Part shown: one piece after another, positions 16,664 to 26,710 of the stretch
Layout of the letters: every line of letters begins with the position of its first letter
How positions within the stretch are numbered: position 1 is the first letter of the stretch
Assembly: GCF_000025945.1 (NCBI RefSeq)
Contig: NC_006138.1
Coordinates: forward strand, 3,390,001-3,422,000
Reading direction: 5' to 3'
DNA from: Desulfotalea psychrophila LSv54
GTDB lineage: Bacteria > Desulfobacterota > Desulfobulbia > Desulfobulbales > Desulfocapsaceae
DNA: 32,000 nt
Program-made: the position numbers and the translations under genes
Notes under the pieces: generated by a model
Told to the model about the DNA's origin: nothing
Database searches by the model: none
What the model saw: the letters and a program-made list of their open reading frames with translations, nothing else

Positions 16664-17372
16664 ACTTTTCCTTTCCCTGACATCTTATCAGCATTCAGGG
16701 AGATGTGCTTTTGCCAGATCTTCTATAGAGAAAGACAAAAACATACTATGTTGAGGCATTAGCAAAGAATGCCTTACCCGCATACAGACCAATAAACGTT
16801 TTCCCACTTGATTACTCGACTCCCCCATAACGGGAGCCTCACCTGGAAAACAAGGTATTTCTATATGCTTCCAATTCTGTGTGAAAGTACCATAAATACT
16901 TACGTCACGAACGCTCGCGACTCTTCCTTTTCACCCTCGACAACACTATGTACGATTTATCCCGCACACAAGTCAAAACTAACCTCTCTTCACCATCTTT
17001 TCTTCCATTACAGAGAAACAAATAACGGCAAAAAAAAACCGTAATCAAGACAAAACAAAATAATGAGGGGATCATTTGACAGGCAAAAGCAACTACTTTT
17101 CACATTAAACGATAAAAATTATACTTTTTTACTAATATAAAATCATGATTTTTTCAAGGGAAAACTCACACTTTCACCTTGACACCTCTACCTTAAACGC
17201 TGTATTTTTCCTTGCTATTCTCACTATAATCTTAAAGGACTCATCCCGTAAAGCATGGGACTTGCCCGGGTACAACCCTAGCACAGGCAACGCCTAAGTC
17301 AGCGTTTCCAGTTGTTTCTACCTAGAGAGACTTGTCTCATAGGTGCCAATTCTTTATAACAAGGAGTTTGAT

Positions 17373-20141
17373 GTGACAATCCCTTTGCCACAGCCTCTCA
17401 CATTACGCCGTTCTCTTGCCACTATATTTCTCTCAGTACTCCTTTCCTCCGGACAGGCGATGGCGAGTGACTCTGTCTCCACCAAAGATTGGGATATAAC
17501 TGCAGACAAAATCATCCAATACGATGACCAAGAGACTCTCGTGGCAACAGGCCATGTCGTACTTGTCCCCAAGGAGAAAGAGGAGACAGCACAAAAAATC
17601 CAGGGAGATTGGCTCGCCTACGACCTCAATGCAGAGAAGCTTAAATTACGAGGTAATATAAAAATCAATGGTGCTGAAAACGGGGTAGACTCCTCAGCCG
17701 CTATCAATGATATTATTATCAGCCAACAGGCTGGCGGGAAAAACAGCCACTATCTTCCCCTCACCACGCTTGGCGCATGGTCAATCGCCAGCAAGAAGGG
17801 CACGCTGGTGCCAGCAAAAGTCATTCGGGCAAGCAAAGAGGCAACAGAGGCTCCCAAGGCCCGGCCTACGACAAAGCCAGCTCCGGGAAATATGATTTCG
17901 ACAGAAGAGTGGAACATCACAGCAGACAAGCTCACCCGCTTTCAAAATCCCAGTAGCATCGTCGCCACGGGAAATGTAGTCCTCAAAAAAAGAGAACTCA
18001 TCCCACCGGCACCGACAGCCTCCCCTGGCCAAGCTACCTCCCCCTGGCATGACCTTCTCCAAGAACCAAACCAGGCCCCCAAAAAAACAACGGTGGCCCA
18101 GAGTAACAGCACTGCCCCTCCGCAATACAGGACCACCACCACCATCCACACAGATTGGCTTGCCTATGATGTTGAACGTGGGATGATAAAGGCCAAGGGT
18201 AACGTCCTGATAGAAAGCGACAAGGGCATCCTCACTGCCGCCAAAGGCGAAATTAAGCTTGAAGACGAAACAGGTACCTTTCACGATGCAAGCCTGCGTC
18301 AAGAAGACATGCTCTATCTAGAGGGCAAAAAAATCGCCAGAACAGGATATGACACCTATAGGATAGAGGATGGTTGGGTTATCACCTGTAAACTGGAGGA
18401 GGGTGAAACACCACCCTGGGCCATTGTCAGCAGTGAAACTGATATCAAACAAGATGGCTATGCCGTTCTTAAACACGCACGTTTTCACGTCAAGGGCGTC
18501 CCTGTCTTCTATCTGCCCTATATGATTATTCCCATCAACCAAACCAGAAAAACAGGATTTCTCTATCCTGAGATGAGCGCCTCCAGCAACAGTGGCTTTG
18601 GCCTCAATCTCCCCTTCTTCTGGGCTATTTCAGATTCCACCGATGCAAGCCTTTACCCACAGTACTATGCCAGACGTGGATTTATGCCGGGAACTGAATT
18701 TCGCTATGCAACCAGCGCTGACAAGAAGGGCACGTTCAATGCCACCTATCTTCACGACAAGCTTGAGTCCTCTGAGACAAAGTACACCTACCAGAACAGT
18801 GATCGATACTGGATACGTGCTAAGTCAGATCATACCTTTGGTGATGGCTGGCTGGCCCGTCTTGACCTCGATATCGTCTCGGATAAGGATTACCTGCAAG
18901 AATTTGATTCAGGAATAGATGGCTATGACCAAAACAATGTACGTTATCTGGATAATTTTGGCCGAGGCTTTGCAAACGATACAGAAATGCTTCGCAATAA
19001 CACCTTCAAGGTAATGAAGGGCTGGAACAATATGTTCCTTGAGATGGAGGTCTTGGGGGTCAACGATGTCCGCACAGATGCCGACGGCAAGAGAATAAAA
19101 ACCGACAATCCCTTCTGGAAACTCCCCAGCATCACCTATTCAGGAGCCATTCCTCTAGGCGAAACAGCACTAACCTTCGACTGGGACAGTGGCTATGTTA
19201 ATTACTGGCGAGAGGATGGCTATGGCGGCCATCGTTTTGATCTCCACCCCAAAATTTCCACCAACCTTCCCCTCAGTGAGTACCTTGAATCACGGGCAGA
19301 ACTTGGCCTGCGCGACACCTACTATATGGTGGAGAATTATGGCGACCCGGTTGGCGCAGATGAGTGGACAAAAGGCACCACCCCCAACAGACTCCTCTAT
19401 GATTTTGAGGTAGAAGTAGCCACCACCGTTGAAAGAGATTTCTACAGCAGCGGGACAGAGGATTCTGGATTCACTCACCAGATCCGCCCCTACGTTCGCT
19501 ACAACTTTGTTCCCGAAGAGGATCAGGAGAATCTACCCTTTTTCGACAGCACAGATCGAATAGATCAACAAAATGGCGTCACCTACGGTTTTGACACCTA
19601 CCTCAACCAGTTCGGCAGCACCAAGAAAGAGTATGCCCATCTTGAGGTAAAGCAGACCTACTACCTCGACGACGTCATCCAATACGACGACAATGGCAAA
19701 CTCGATCTTGTCACCGACGATCTCTCGGAAATAGAGGCTAAACTCAAATGGTATCCATGGAGAAACACCTATCTCAGCTATAAGACAGAGTACGATGTGT
19801 ATGGCGAGGGTTTCGTTAGTCACACCCTAACGACCTCGTACAAGACTGACCGTGGTGACTCAGTAGCCCTTCAGTACAGCAAAAGAGACGAGGACGATAT
19901 CGACGAGATCAATGGCTACTTCAAATTATATCTTGCCGACAACTGGTTTACCCAAATTGATATAGAACACTCTATCTTTGACAATGAGACTCAGGTCGCA
20001 GACTTCAGCCTCACCTACACCCAACCATGCTGGTCGGTAACCATGGGCTACGAGAGCACCCCTGAAGATGAAAAGCTACTCCTGGTCTTTACCCTGGCCA
20101 ATATCGGTCTGCCAATAAGCGCAGGTGCGGGAATTCGTTAA
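17373..20141 (+). CDS. lptD: LPS-assembly outer-membrane protein LptD (OstA family).
   Basis: Hallmark string: RFHVKGVPVFYLPYMIIPINQTRKTGFLYPEMSASSNSGFGLNLPFFWAISDSTDASLYPQYYARRGFMPGTEFRY. AAGGAG (17361-17366) lies 6 nt before the in-frame GTG at 17373. This gives the signal peptide VTIPLPQPLTLRRSLATIFLSVLLSSGQAMA. The ORF-track start at 17343 is less likely. Confidence 0.9.
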   Translation: MTIPLPQPLTLRRSLATIFLSVLLSSGQAMASDSVSTKDWDITADKIIQYDDQETLVATGHVVLVPKEKEETAQKIQGDWLAYDLNAEKLKLRGNIKINGAENGVDSSAAINDIIISQQAGGKNSHYLPLTTLGAWSIASKKGTLVPAKVIRASKEATEAPKARPTTKPAPGNMISTEEWNITADKLTRFQNPSSIVATGNVVLKKRELIPPAPTASPGQATSPWHDLLQEPNQAPKKTTVAQSNSTAPPQYRTTTTIHTDWLAYDVERGMIKAKGNVLIESDKGILTAAKGEIKLEDETGTFHDASLRQEDMLYLEGKKIARTGYDTYRIEDGWVITCKLEEGETPPWAIVSSETDIKQDGYAVLKHARFHVKGVPVFYLPYMIIPINQTRKTGFLYPEMSASSNSGFGLNLPFFWAISDSTDASLYPQYYARRGFMPGTEFRYATSADKKGTFNATYLHDKLESSETKYTYQNSDRYWIRAKSDHTFGDGWLARLDLDIVSDKDYLQEFDSGIDGYDQNNVRYLDNFGRGFANDTEMLRNNTFKVMKGWNNMFLEMEVLGVNDVRTDADGKRIKTDNPFWKLPSITYSGAIPLGETALTFDWDSGYVNYWREDGYGGHRFDLHPKISTNLPLSEYLESRAELGLRDTYYMVENYGDPVGADEWTKGTTPNRLLYDFEVEVATTVERDFYSSGTEDSGFTHQIRPYVRYNFVPEEDQENLPFFDSTDRIDQQNGVTYGFDTYLNQFGSTKKEYAHLEVKQTYYLDDVIQYDDNGKLDLVTDDLSEIEAKLKWYPWRNTYLSYKTEYDVYGEGFVSHTLTTSYKTDRGDSVALQYSKRDEDDIDEINGYFKLYLADNWFTQIDIEHSIFDNETQVADFSLTYTQPCWSVTMGYESTPEDEKLLLVFTLANIGLPISAGAGIR

Positions 20142-20257
20142 GAGGCAAAGCCCGTTGATATTTTGCACTACCTGTGCTGCAACAAGTGACATGGGGAGGA
20201 GGCTGAAAAACGGTTGGTCTTCTGGAGGGGAAAAATATAGAAAAGCAGAACATTGCA

Positions 20258-20283
20258 GGGCCTCTGCTCAGAGCAAGAGGCCC
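20258..20283. terminator. GC-rich hairpin between convergent lptD and aroA, a candidate terminator.
   Basis: GGGCCTCT (20258-20265) - 10-nt loop - AGAGGCCC (20276-20283). There is no adjacent U-run on either strand. Confidence 0.4.
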
Positions 20284-20300
20284 CGCAAGGGGAACAGAAT

Positions 20301-21566
20301 TTACTTCAAGAGGGCAAATCTCTGCCAGAAATCCGGGAAGGACTTAGCAACACAGCCCTCTCCGCTTATCTCTACTCCGGGAACCTTCAGCCCCGCCACA
20401 GCCATACTCATGGCCATTCGATGATCATCATAGGTTTCGATCGTGGCACCGTGAAGATCCCGACCACCCTTGCCATGGATCACCATGGAGTCAGAATGTT
20501 CTTCCACCTCGGCACCCATCCTGGTAAGCTCGGTCACCACGGCATGAAGACGATCACACTCCTTGATACGCAGATGGCCAATATTCTGAATATGAGTTTT
20601 TCCCTCGGCAAAGGCAGCCACCACGGCAAGGGTAGGAACCACATCGGGCATATCAGCCATATCGACACTAATACCCTCAAGCATTCCCGTTGAGGCAAGG
20701 GTAATACCGCCCCCCTCAATACTCAGCCCACAACCCATCCGCCCGAGCAGAGGGACAAGCTTAACATCACCCTGAAGCGACGAGACAGAAACATTTTCGA
20801 CCCGCACCCTGCCACCGGTAACAGCGGCGGCAGCCCAGAAATAAGAGGCGCTGGAAGCATCACCCTCAACGGAGTAATCCTGCCCCCGATAGATACCCCG
20901 GGGAATCTTAAAGTATTTATAGTCACTGCTATACTCTACATGAATACCAAAGCGGGACATCACATCCAGGGTCATGGTTATATAGGGTTTAGAGAAGACC
21001 TCGCCCTCCACCCGCAGCTCGGCCACTTCACGGGCATAGGGGGCAACCAGTAAGAGGGAGGAGAGATACTGACTTGATTTTCCCTCCGGCAGCACCGTCA
21101 TACCACCTGCAAGCCCGGTGCTGTTTATAACCAGAGGCGGACAGCCGGTATCGTGCATGGAACTGACATCTACCCCCCAACCCTGAAGGGCTGTCATCAG
21201 GGGCTCAATGGGACGCTCGGCCATACGCTTATCACCATCGAGAACGAATCTGCTATTACCAAGAGAGAGAACAGAGGTAAGAAAACGGGTTGCCGTGCCA
21301 TTATTCCCTAAAAAAATAGGCTCTGCACAGGGGGCAATCCGACCGGCATTGCCCTGCACCCGCCAGGATTCCTCATGATCGATCGTAACCCCCACCTGAC
21401 GCAGGGCAGCAGAGGAGTACTCCGTGTCCTCACTGACCAGTGGTCCATGCAGGGTACTTTCTCCCTCGGCAAGGGCCGCGGCAATCAGGGCCCTCTGGGT
21501 CAGGCTCTTGGAACCGGGCACCGCAACACTTACATCAACACTGCCTACCGTTTGTATCTCAATCAT
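20301..21566 (-). CDS. aroA: 3-phosphoshikimate 1-carboxyvinyltransferase (EPSP synthase).
   Basis: The translation MIEIQTVGSVDVSVAVPGSKSLTQRALIAAALAEGES..., LGNNGTATRFL and HRMAMSMAVAGL are typical. The start at 21566 forms an ATGA overlap with the aroE stop (21563-21565). The longer ORF-track N-terminus lies inside aroE. Confidence 0.93.
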   Translation of the reverse strand: MIEIQTVGSVDVSVAVPGSKSLTQRALIAAALAEGESTLHGPLVSEDTEYSSAALRQVGVTIDHEESWRVQGNAGRIAPCAEPIFLGNNGTATRFLTSVLSLGNSRFVLDGDKRMAERPIEPLMTALQGWGVDVSSMHDTGCPPLVINSTGLAGGMTVLPEGKSSQYLSSLLLVAPYAREVAELRVEGEVFSKPYITMTLDVMSRFGIHVEYSSDYKYFKIPRGIYRGQDYSVEGDASSASYFWAAAAVTGGRVRVENVSVSSLQGDVKLVPLLGRMGCGLSIEGGGITLASTGMLEGISVDMADMPDVVPTLAVVAAFAEGKTHIQNIGHLRIKECDRLHAVVTELTRMGAEVEEHSDSMVIHGKGGRDLHGATIETYDDHRMAMSMAVAGLKVPGVEISGEGCVAKSFPDFWQRFALLK

Positions 21567-22414
21567 ATCTCTTTTTCCTTTAATACAGCATCGTAGCCCA
21601 ACAATCGATACAGGGTATGCCGCATCACCGCAAGAGGTGCTTCCCGGCCCTGCCACAGCTCAAATTGTTGGACACCTTGATAGAGCAACATTTCAAGACC
21701 TGAAACTATTGCACATCCCGCCTTATCTGCATTCGCTAGCAACCTTGTTCTATGGGGTGAATAGACAATATCCATAACTGCCTCAACCCCGCTCAACTGC
21801 TCCACCGTCATCAGGCTGACATCCTCTTGTGGTGCCATGCCCACCGAGGTAGCGTTGACCACAATATCTGCCCGGACGCTGCCAATATCCTCAAGACTCA
21901 GCCAAAGACAACCAAACTCATCTGCCAGCTGGCGGCCACGGGATGGAGTTCTGCTACAGAGAATCACCTCCGCCCCAGCCTCCAACAGGCCAAAGCCAAT
22001 GGCACGGGCAGATCCGCCTGCCCCCAAAAGCAAGACCTGCTTGCCCTTAAGAGAAACCACGGCCTGCAGGGCCCTGTTGGCCCCAATCCAATCGGTATTA
22101 AAGCCCTTGAGAAAGGGTCTGCCATCCCGCATAGATGAAACAATGGTATTAACCGCCCCTATCTTGCCGGCAACGGGGTCAACCTCATCCAAAAGAGGGA
22201 TAACAGCCTCTTTATGAGGGATGGTAACACTTACCCCGCATATATTTAAACCACGCAATCCCTGGACAGCACTCTCCACATCCTCCACCCGAAAGGGCAC
22301 ATAAACAGCATCTATGCCAAGGGACTCAAAGGCTGCATTATGCATAAGGGGACTCATGGAGTGGCTCACTGGATTGCCTATAATTCCATAAACTGCTGTT
22401 GCACCAACTATCAT
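21563..22414 (-). CDS. aroE: Shikimate dehydrogenase.
   Basis: YGIIGNPVSHSMSPLMHNAAF, NVTIPHK-like SVTIPHKE and LLLGAGGSARAI are present. I prefer the ATG at 22414 (MIVGATAVYG), preceded by AGGTGG, over 22453, which overlaps aroD. The start is uncertain. Confidence 0.88.
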   Translation of the reverse strand: MIVGATAVYGIIGNPVSHSMSPLMHNAAFESLGIDAVYVPFRVEDVESAVQGLRGLNICGVSVTIPHKEAVIPLLDEVDPVAGKIGAVNTIVSSMRDGRPFLKGFNTDWIGANRALQAVVSLKGKQVLLLGAGGSARAIGFGLLEAGAEVILCSRTPSRGRQLADEFGCLWLSLEDIGSVRADIVVNATSVGMAPQEDVSLMTVEQLSGVEAVMDIVYSPHRTRLLANADKAGCAIVSGLEMLLYQGVQQFELWQGREAPLAVMRHTLYRLLGYDAVLKEKEI

Positions 22415-22436
22415 AAAAGTACCACCTAATATATTT

Positions 22437-23117
22437 TTACGGATAACGGGCAAAGATCCCTCTCATCTCAGAGATAGTTATCTGCCCTGCGGCTGTGACC
22501 TCTGCCCCATCGGCACAGCAGTAGGTCATATAGCCGCCAAGGTCGCAACTGGCAACACGACTAACGGCTCCCGCCTCGCCCATGCAAAAGGCAATAAGAG
22601 GTAAGCCCTTCTTGGCTGCATACTCCAGAACCTGAAAAACACGGACAACATCGGCCGCGCTGTTGGCTGTGGTAATAAGCTTGCCTATATCAGCACCGGC
22701 GTCCTGCATCTGGTCAATAATACCGGTGAGTTTTGCCAGAGTTGCCGTACTTTCAAAATCGTGATACGAGAGAATAAGCTCTGTCTCCCTCTCGGCGAGA
22801 TAAGTACGCAGATACTGATGAGACTCCTCTGCTGACCGAAGCTCCAGATCAATATAGGCAGCGCCGGCTCTCACCGCCTCGGCAAGCAAGGCCAGACGAT
22901 CCTCTTCAGTCCCGGCAAAGAGACCTCCCTCCCAGGTAGGACGACAGGTAAAGAGCAGATCCGTCGCCAGACTTTCAACAAAGGGATCTATCTCCGGGAC
23001 ATCTATATAGTCAAGACGCACCTCAATAACATCTGCTCCAAAAATACGCAGGCTCGCCTCAAGCGCCTGAGGCATAGTTGGTTGTCCCAGTGAAACACAA
23101 ATTTTTCTTGAATGCAT
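22437..23117 (-). CDS. aroD: Type I 3-dehydroquinate dehydratase.
   Basis: The 226-aa product has ICVSLGQPT...ADVIEVRLDYI...ILSYHDFESTA...ADIGKLITTA, a pattern typical of type I DHQase. Confidence 0.88.
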   Translation of the reverse strand: MHSRKICVSLGQPTMPQALEASLRIFGADVIEVRLDYIDVPEIDPFVESLATDLLFTCRPTWEGGLFAGTEEDRLALLAEAVRAGAAYIDLELRSAEESHQYLRTYLAERETELILSYHDFESTATLAKLTGIIDQMQDAGADIGKLITTANSAADVVRVFQVLEYAAKKGLPLIAFCMGEAGAVSRVASCDLGGYMTYCCADGAEVTAAGQITISEMRGIFARYP

Positions 23118-23150
23118 AAGCTCCTCTTCGTCGCATGGATCATTTAGCCT

Positions 23151-23393
23151 CTACTGTTCACCACCAGCAATGCTCTCTGCAAGGGCAAGAAGACCGGTAA
23201 CAATAAACAAATCGTCCACGAGGCCTATACCAACCAGCCACTCGGGAATAAAATCATAGGGAATAAACAGATAGAGAAGAGCTGCAAGGATAAGCAGACG
23301 AGCCCTCCACGGCGTACCGCGCTTAAAGAGCCGCATCAGGATGGAGGGGGATCTGCGCCATACCTGAAAAAAAACCGCCAGGAGCCTCACCAT
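23151..23393 (-). CDS. Small DUF1232 (YkvA-like) membrane protein.
   Basis: LLYLFIPYDFIPEWLVGIGLVDDLFIV matches the DUF1232 core motif (P.D.IP...P..G..DD). Confidence 0.75.
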   Translation of the reverse strand: MVRLLAVFFQVWRRSPSILMRLFKRGTPWRARLLILAALLYLFIPYDFIPEWLVGIGLVDDLFIVTGLLALAESIAGGEQ

Positions 23394-23411
23394 ACTCTTC
23401 TCTCACCAGAC

Positions 23412-24341
23412 CTAGGCCTCAAGGGCACCAATCAATTCACGGACAGAGCTCAATCCCTCTGCCTGCACATAGTCGGCCAGCTGCTCAACAAGATCACTGC
23501 TTATGGCAGGATCAACAAAATTAGCCGTTCCAATCTGCACCGCAGATGCTCCTGCCAGGAGGAATTCAATAACATCCTCAAGAGAAGAGATACCGCCAAT
23601 GCCTATTATGGGCACGGAGACAACCTTGGCTACCTGATATACCATACGCAGGGCCACCGGTTTTATGGCAGGGCCCGAAAGTCCGCCGATGATATTGGCA
23701 AGCGATGGTCTCCGTGTCTTTATGTCTATCCCCATACCGATAAGGGTATTAATCATAGAGAGACTATCGGCACCACCCGCCTCTACGGCCCGGGCGATTT
23801 CAGTAATATCCGTCACATTAGGAGAGAGCTTGACCATCACCGGCACATCGGCTGCATCCTTGACCGTCCTTGTTACCCGAGCGGCCATCTCCGGATTGGT
23901 GCCAAAGGCCACCCCGCCCTTTTTCACATTGGGGCAGGAAATATTCACCTCGATAGCGGCAATACCCTTAACCCCACGCAACTTCTGGGCGATATCGCGA
24001 TACTCCTCCAGAGAATCCCCGAGGATATTGACCACTGCCGGTAGCCCCTGCTCCTGAAGGTAGGGCATCTTTTCGCTGATAAACCTATCCACCCCAACAT
24101 TCTGCAGACCAATGGCATTGAGCATGCCACTGGACGTTTCGACAATACGAGGCGGAGGGTTACCGGGACGGGGCCGAAGAGAGATCCCCTTGACCACCAC
24201 GGCACCCAACTTTTGCAGCTTAACCAGCTGGCTGAACTCCCGAGCATAGCCGAAGGTACCCGAAGCAGTCATAATGGGATTTTGCAGCTCTAAGGAGCCA
24301 ATGTCAACTCGAAGATCTGCACCTTCACTTATTTTTTCCAT
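23412..24341 (-). CDS. pyrD: Dihydroorotate dehydrogenase, class 1B catalytic subunit.
   Basis: LQNPIMTASGTFGYAREF, EVNISCPNVKKGG and GIGGISSLEDVIEFLLAGASAVQIGTA are present. It overlaps the pyrK stop by 13 nt. Confidence 0.93.
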   Translation of the reverse strand: MEKISEGADLRVDIGSLELQNPIMTASGTFGYAREFSQLVKLQKLGAVVVKGISLRPRPGNPPPRIVETSSGMLNAIGLQNVGVDRFISEKMPYLQEQGLPAVVNILGDSLEEYRDIAQKLRGVKGIAAIEVNISCPNVKKGGVAFGTNPEMAARVTRTVKDAADVPVMVKLSPNVTDITEIARAVEAGGADSLSMINTLIGMGIDIKTRRPSLANIIGGLSGPAIKPVALRMVYQVAKVVSVPIIGIGGISSLEDVIEFLLAGASAVQIGTANFVDPAISSDLVEQLADYVQAEGLSSVRELIGALEA

Positions 24342-25117
24342 TGTAGCTCCTCCGCATTATAAACAGGGCCATTAATACAGACATGGGTATATGTGCCATC
24401 GGCCTTAGTCTTACAACAGCCCAGACAGGCCCCTATGCCACAGGCCATCTCCTTTTCAACGGAGACCTGACAGGCAAGCCCCTTCTCTTGGCAGTGCTCA
24501 AAGACACGGGCCATCATAGCCTCAGGGCCGCAGGTATAAACCTGACAATCAGCGACAAGCGCCTGTTCCTGAAGTACCTCTGTAACAAAACCCTTCCTGA
24601 CAAAACTGCCATCGTCGGTGGTAGAGAAAACCTGCACACCATACTGCTCGAAATCTGCCACTAGCGGTTCAACCTCAGCCCTTGAGCGGCCACCAAGGAT
24701 CACCCTTATCTGCGACGGATCATCTGCTCCTTCGGCCAACTTACGGGTCAAAAAGAGAAGCGGGGCAATACCTAGCCCACCACCGACAAGACATGCCGGG
24801 CGATTATTGACCAGAGCAAAACCCTTTCCCAGGGGGCCAAGGATAGAGAGCTCCTCTCCAAGCGTTAACTGAGATAAGAGTTTGGTGCCACGACCGACCA
24901 CCTTAAAGTAGAGCTGTAATCCACCATCATCATCCACCTGATGTATACAGAATGGTCGACGAAGGAGAGGATCAGTACTGCCCATGCGCCGCACCATGAC
25001 AAACTGGCCTGGATGGGCCACAGCGGCTATTTTCGGTGCATGAAAACCCATGCGGAAATTTTCAGCAGAAAGCTGTTCCACAGAGGTAATAATTGCGTTC
25101 TCTTGGTTTTGTGCCAT
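24329..25117 (-). CDS. pyrK: Dihydroorotate dehydrogenase electron-transfer subunit (FAD/2Fe-2S).
   Basis: RRPFCIH, GGGLGIAPL and the C-terminal CGIGACLGCC cluster motif are present, and the gene lies immediately upstream of pyrD. Confidence 0.9.
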   Translation of the reverse strand: MAQNQENAIITSVEQLSAENFRMGFHAPKIAAVAHPGQFVMVRRMGSTDPLLRRPFCIHQVDDDGGLQLYFKVVGRGTKLLSQLTLGEELSILGPLGKGFALVNNRPACLVGGGLGIAPLLFLTRKLAEGADDPSQIRVILGGRSRAEVEPLVADFEQYGVQVFSTTDDGSFVRKGFVTEVLQEQALVADCQVYTCGPEAMMARVFEHCQEKGLACQVSVEKEMACGIGACLGCCKTKADGTYTHVCINGPVYNAEELQWKK

Positions 25118-25291
25118 AATTGTTTATTTTGTTTTAATTGTAATCACAATGTGTTTACCTAAAATAACTCTATAGTTAGTTTACTTAAAGTCATCGTCGA
25201 TATATTCTTGCCACTGTCTCTTGCAGGCCCGATTGCGGGAATGAGAAAGGAGACAAAGGCAGGATCTTACCAGATTAGGAATACAAACTCC

Positions 25292-26083
25292 ATGGAATAC
25301 GGTATCCTCCCTCTTATCATCGTCGCCCTGCTGGGTGCTATTATAGGAAGCTTTCTTAACGTTGTCATCCTCAGACTTCCGGAAGAAAACAGCTCCATTG
25401 CCTATCCGGCATCACACTGCCCTAAATGCAACCACCCACTCTCTTGGTATGAAAATATCCCCCTGCTCAGCTTTCTCATCCTGGGGGGGAAATGCCGCTC
25501 CTGCAAAGAGCATATCTCTTGGCAGTATCCGCTGATAGAGGCGTCCATGGCCCTGCTCGGCCTGGGCCTTTTTCTTCACTTCGGGCTAACCCTCACATTC
25601 CTCGCTTATTTTTGTTTCAGCGCCGCCCTGCTGGTCATTATCGTCATTGATTTCTATCACCAGATCATCCCCGACCTGATCAGCCTGCCCGGCATAGCCC
25701 TTGGTTTTCTCTTCTCCTTTATCAATCCGGAAATAAGCTGGTTAAGCTCGCTTATCGGACTACTGGTGGGAGGCGGAGCTCTTTACGCCATTGCCTGGGG
25801 CTATTTTACCCTGAGAAAACAGGAGGGAATGGGAGGAGGTGACATCAAGCTTCTGGCCATGCTCGGGGCCTGGCTCGGCTGGCAGTCCCTTGTCTTCATC
25901 GTCTTTACCAGCTCACTCTTTGGCGCCATCATTGGACTCATTGCCCTGCGTATCCAAAACAAAGGCAACCAGACAAAAATCCCCTTTGGTCCCTTCCTCT
26001 GCCTTGCAGCCCTTGTCTACCTCTTTTACAGCGTGGAAATTCAATACTTTTTCCAGCTCTACCTGAACGGACAGTGGCCATAG
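25292..26083 (+). CDS. pilD: Prepilin peptidase / N-methyltransferase (A24 family).
   Basis: CPKCNHPLSWYENIPLLSFLILGGKCRSCKEHISWQYPLIE and GGGDIKLLAMLGAWLG are present. The start is uncertain: I prefer the ATG at 25292 (MEYGILPLII...), while the ORF track extends to 25208. Confidence 0.88.
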   Translation: MEYGILPLIIVALLGAIIGSFLNVVILRLPEENSSIAYPASHCPKCNHPLSWYENIPLLSFLILGGKCRSCKEHISWQYPLIEASMALLGLGLFLHFGLTLTFLAYFCFSAALLVIIVIDFYHQIIPDLISLPGIALGFLFSFINPEISWLSSLIGLLVGGGALYAIAWGYFTLRKQEGMGGGDIKLLAMLGAWLGWQSLVFIVFTSSLFGAIIGLIALRIQNKGNQTKIPFGPFLCLAALVYLFYSVEIQYFFQLYLNGQWP

Positions 26084-26207
26084 GAGAGGCTATCGGTCAG
26101 CGAAATACCTGGCGCTGAAGTAAATTCATATATAGAGTGGCCGGTTTGACAAGGACAGGAATTATCCCTTGATAACTCTATACTTATACCACAAACCAAG
26201 GCATGTA

Positions 26208-26600
26208 ATGAACATAGAAGAGAGAAAAGAAAAGGCCCAGACCAGTATCTTCAAAACCATATTCCCCAGTGTCTGCAACCACTATAACACCATGTATGGG
26301 GGCACGGCCATGCAGCTGATGGATGAGGTAGCCTTTATGACGGCAACCCGTTTCAGCCGCAAGGTAATGGTCACCGTCTCTTCAGAAAAGATTAACTTTT
26401 CCTCCCCCATCCCCTCCGGCACCTTCGTTGAACTAAGCGGCAGCATAGGGCGCATAGGCAAAACAAGCCTCGATGTACAGGTAAATATTTTTGTCGAAGA
26501 GATGTATTCAGACAGTAGAATAGAGGCCATTACTGGCACCTTCACCCTTGTCGCCCTGGACGAGGAACGGAAGCCCACCCTCATTCTAGACGTAGCCTAA
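26208..26600 (+). CDS. Acyl-CoA thioesterase, hotdog fold (YciA-like).
   Basis: FPSVCNHYNTMYGGTAMQLMDEVAFMTATRFSRKVMVTVSSEKINFSSPIPSGTFVEL is present. The start is taken at MNIEERK, and the upstream extension to 26169 is less likely. Confidence 0.8.
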   Translation: MNIEERKEKAQTSIFKTIFPSVCNHYNTMYGGTAMQLMDEVAFMTATRFSRKVMVTVSSEKINFSSPIPSGTFVELSGSIGRIGKTSLDVQVNIFVEEMYSDSRIEAITGTFTLVALDEERKPTLILDVA

Positions 26601-26710
26601 GCCCACAGACCAAGAAAAAATCAGAGAAGGGCCAGGCGGGAAATGCCCTGTTTATTACGCCCAGGGATATTCGTTCTTCTCCCTGGCCCTGCTCCACAAA
26701 AATCACCAAA

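Noticed and set aside
15753-16762. Long + strand track ORFs (213 aa and 259 aa, Leu/Ala/Gly/Ser-rich) opposite rne.
   Set aside because: They are antisense shadows of the GC-rich, repeat-rich N-terminal coding region of rne. They show low-complexity translation and have no RBS.
21567-21656. Extended N-terminus of aroA (MAGPGSTSCG...) in the ORF track. Similar upstream extensions exist for lptD (17343), pilD (25208), the thioesterase (26169), the 775..1524 ORF and the Cys-rich ORF (30360).
   Set aside because: The extensions overlap the upstream gene or lack an RBS. Internal starts have good Shine-Dalgarno spacing or ATGA coupling and yield N-termini typical of the families.
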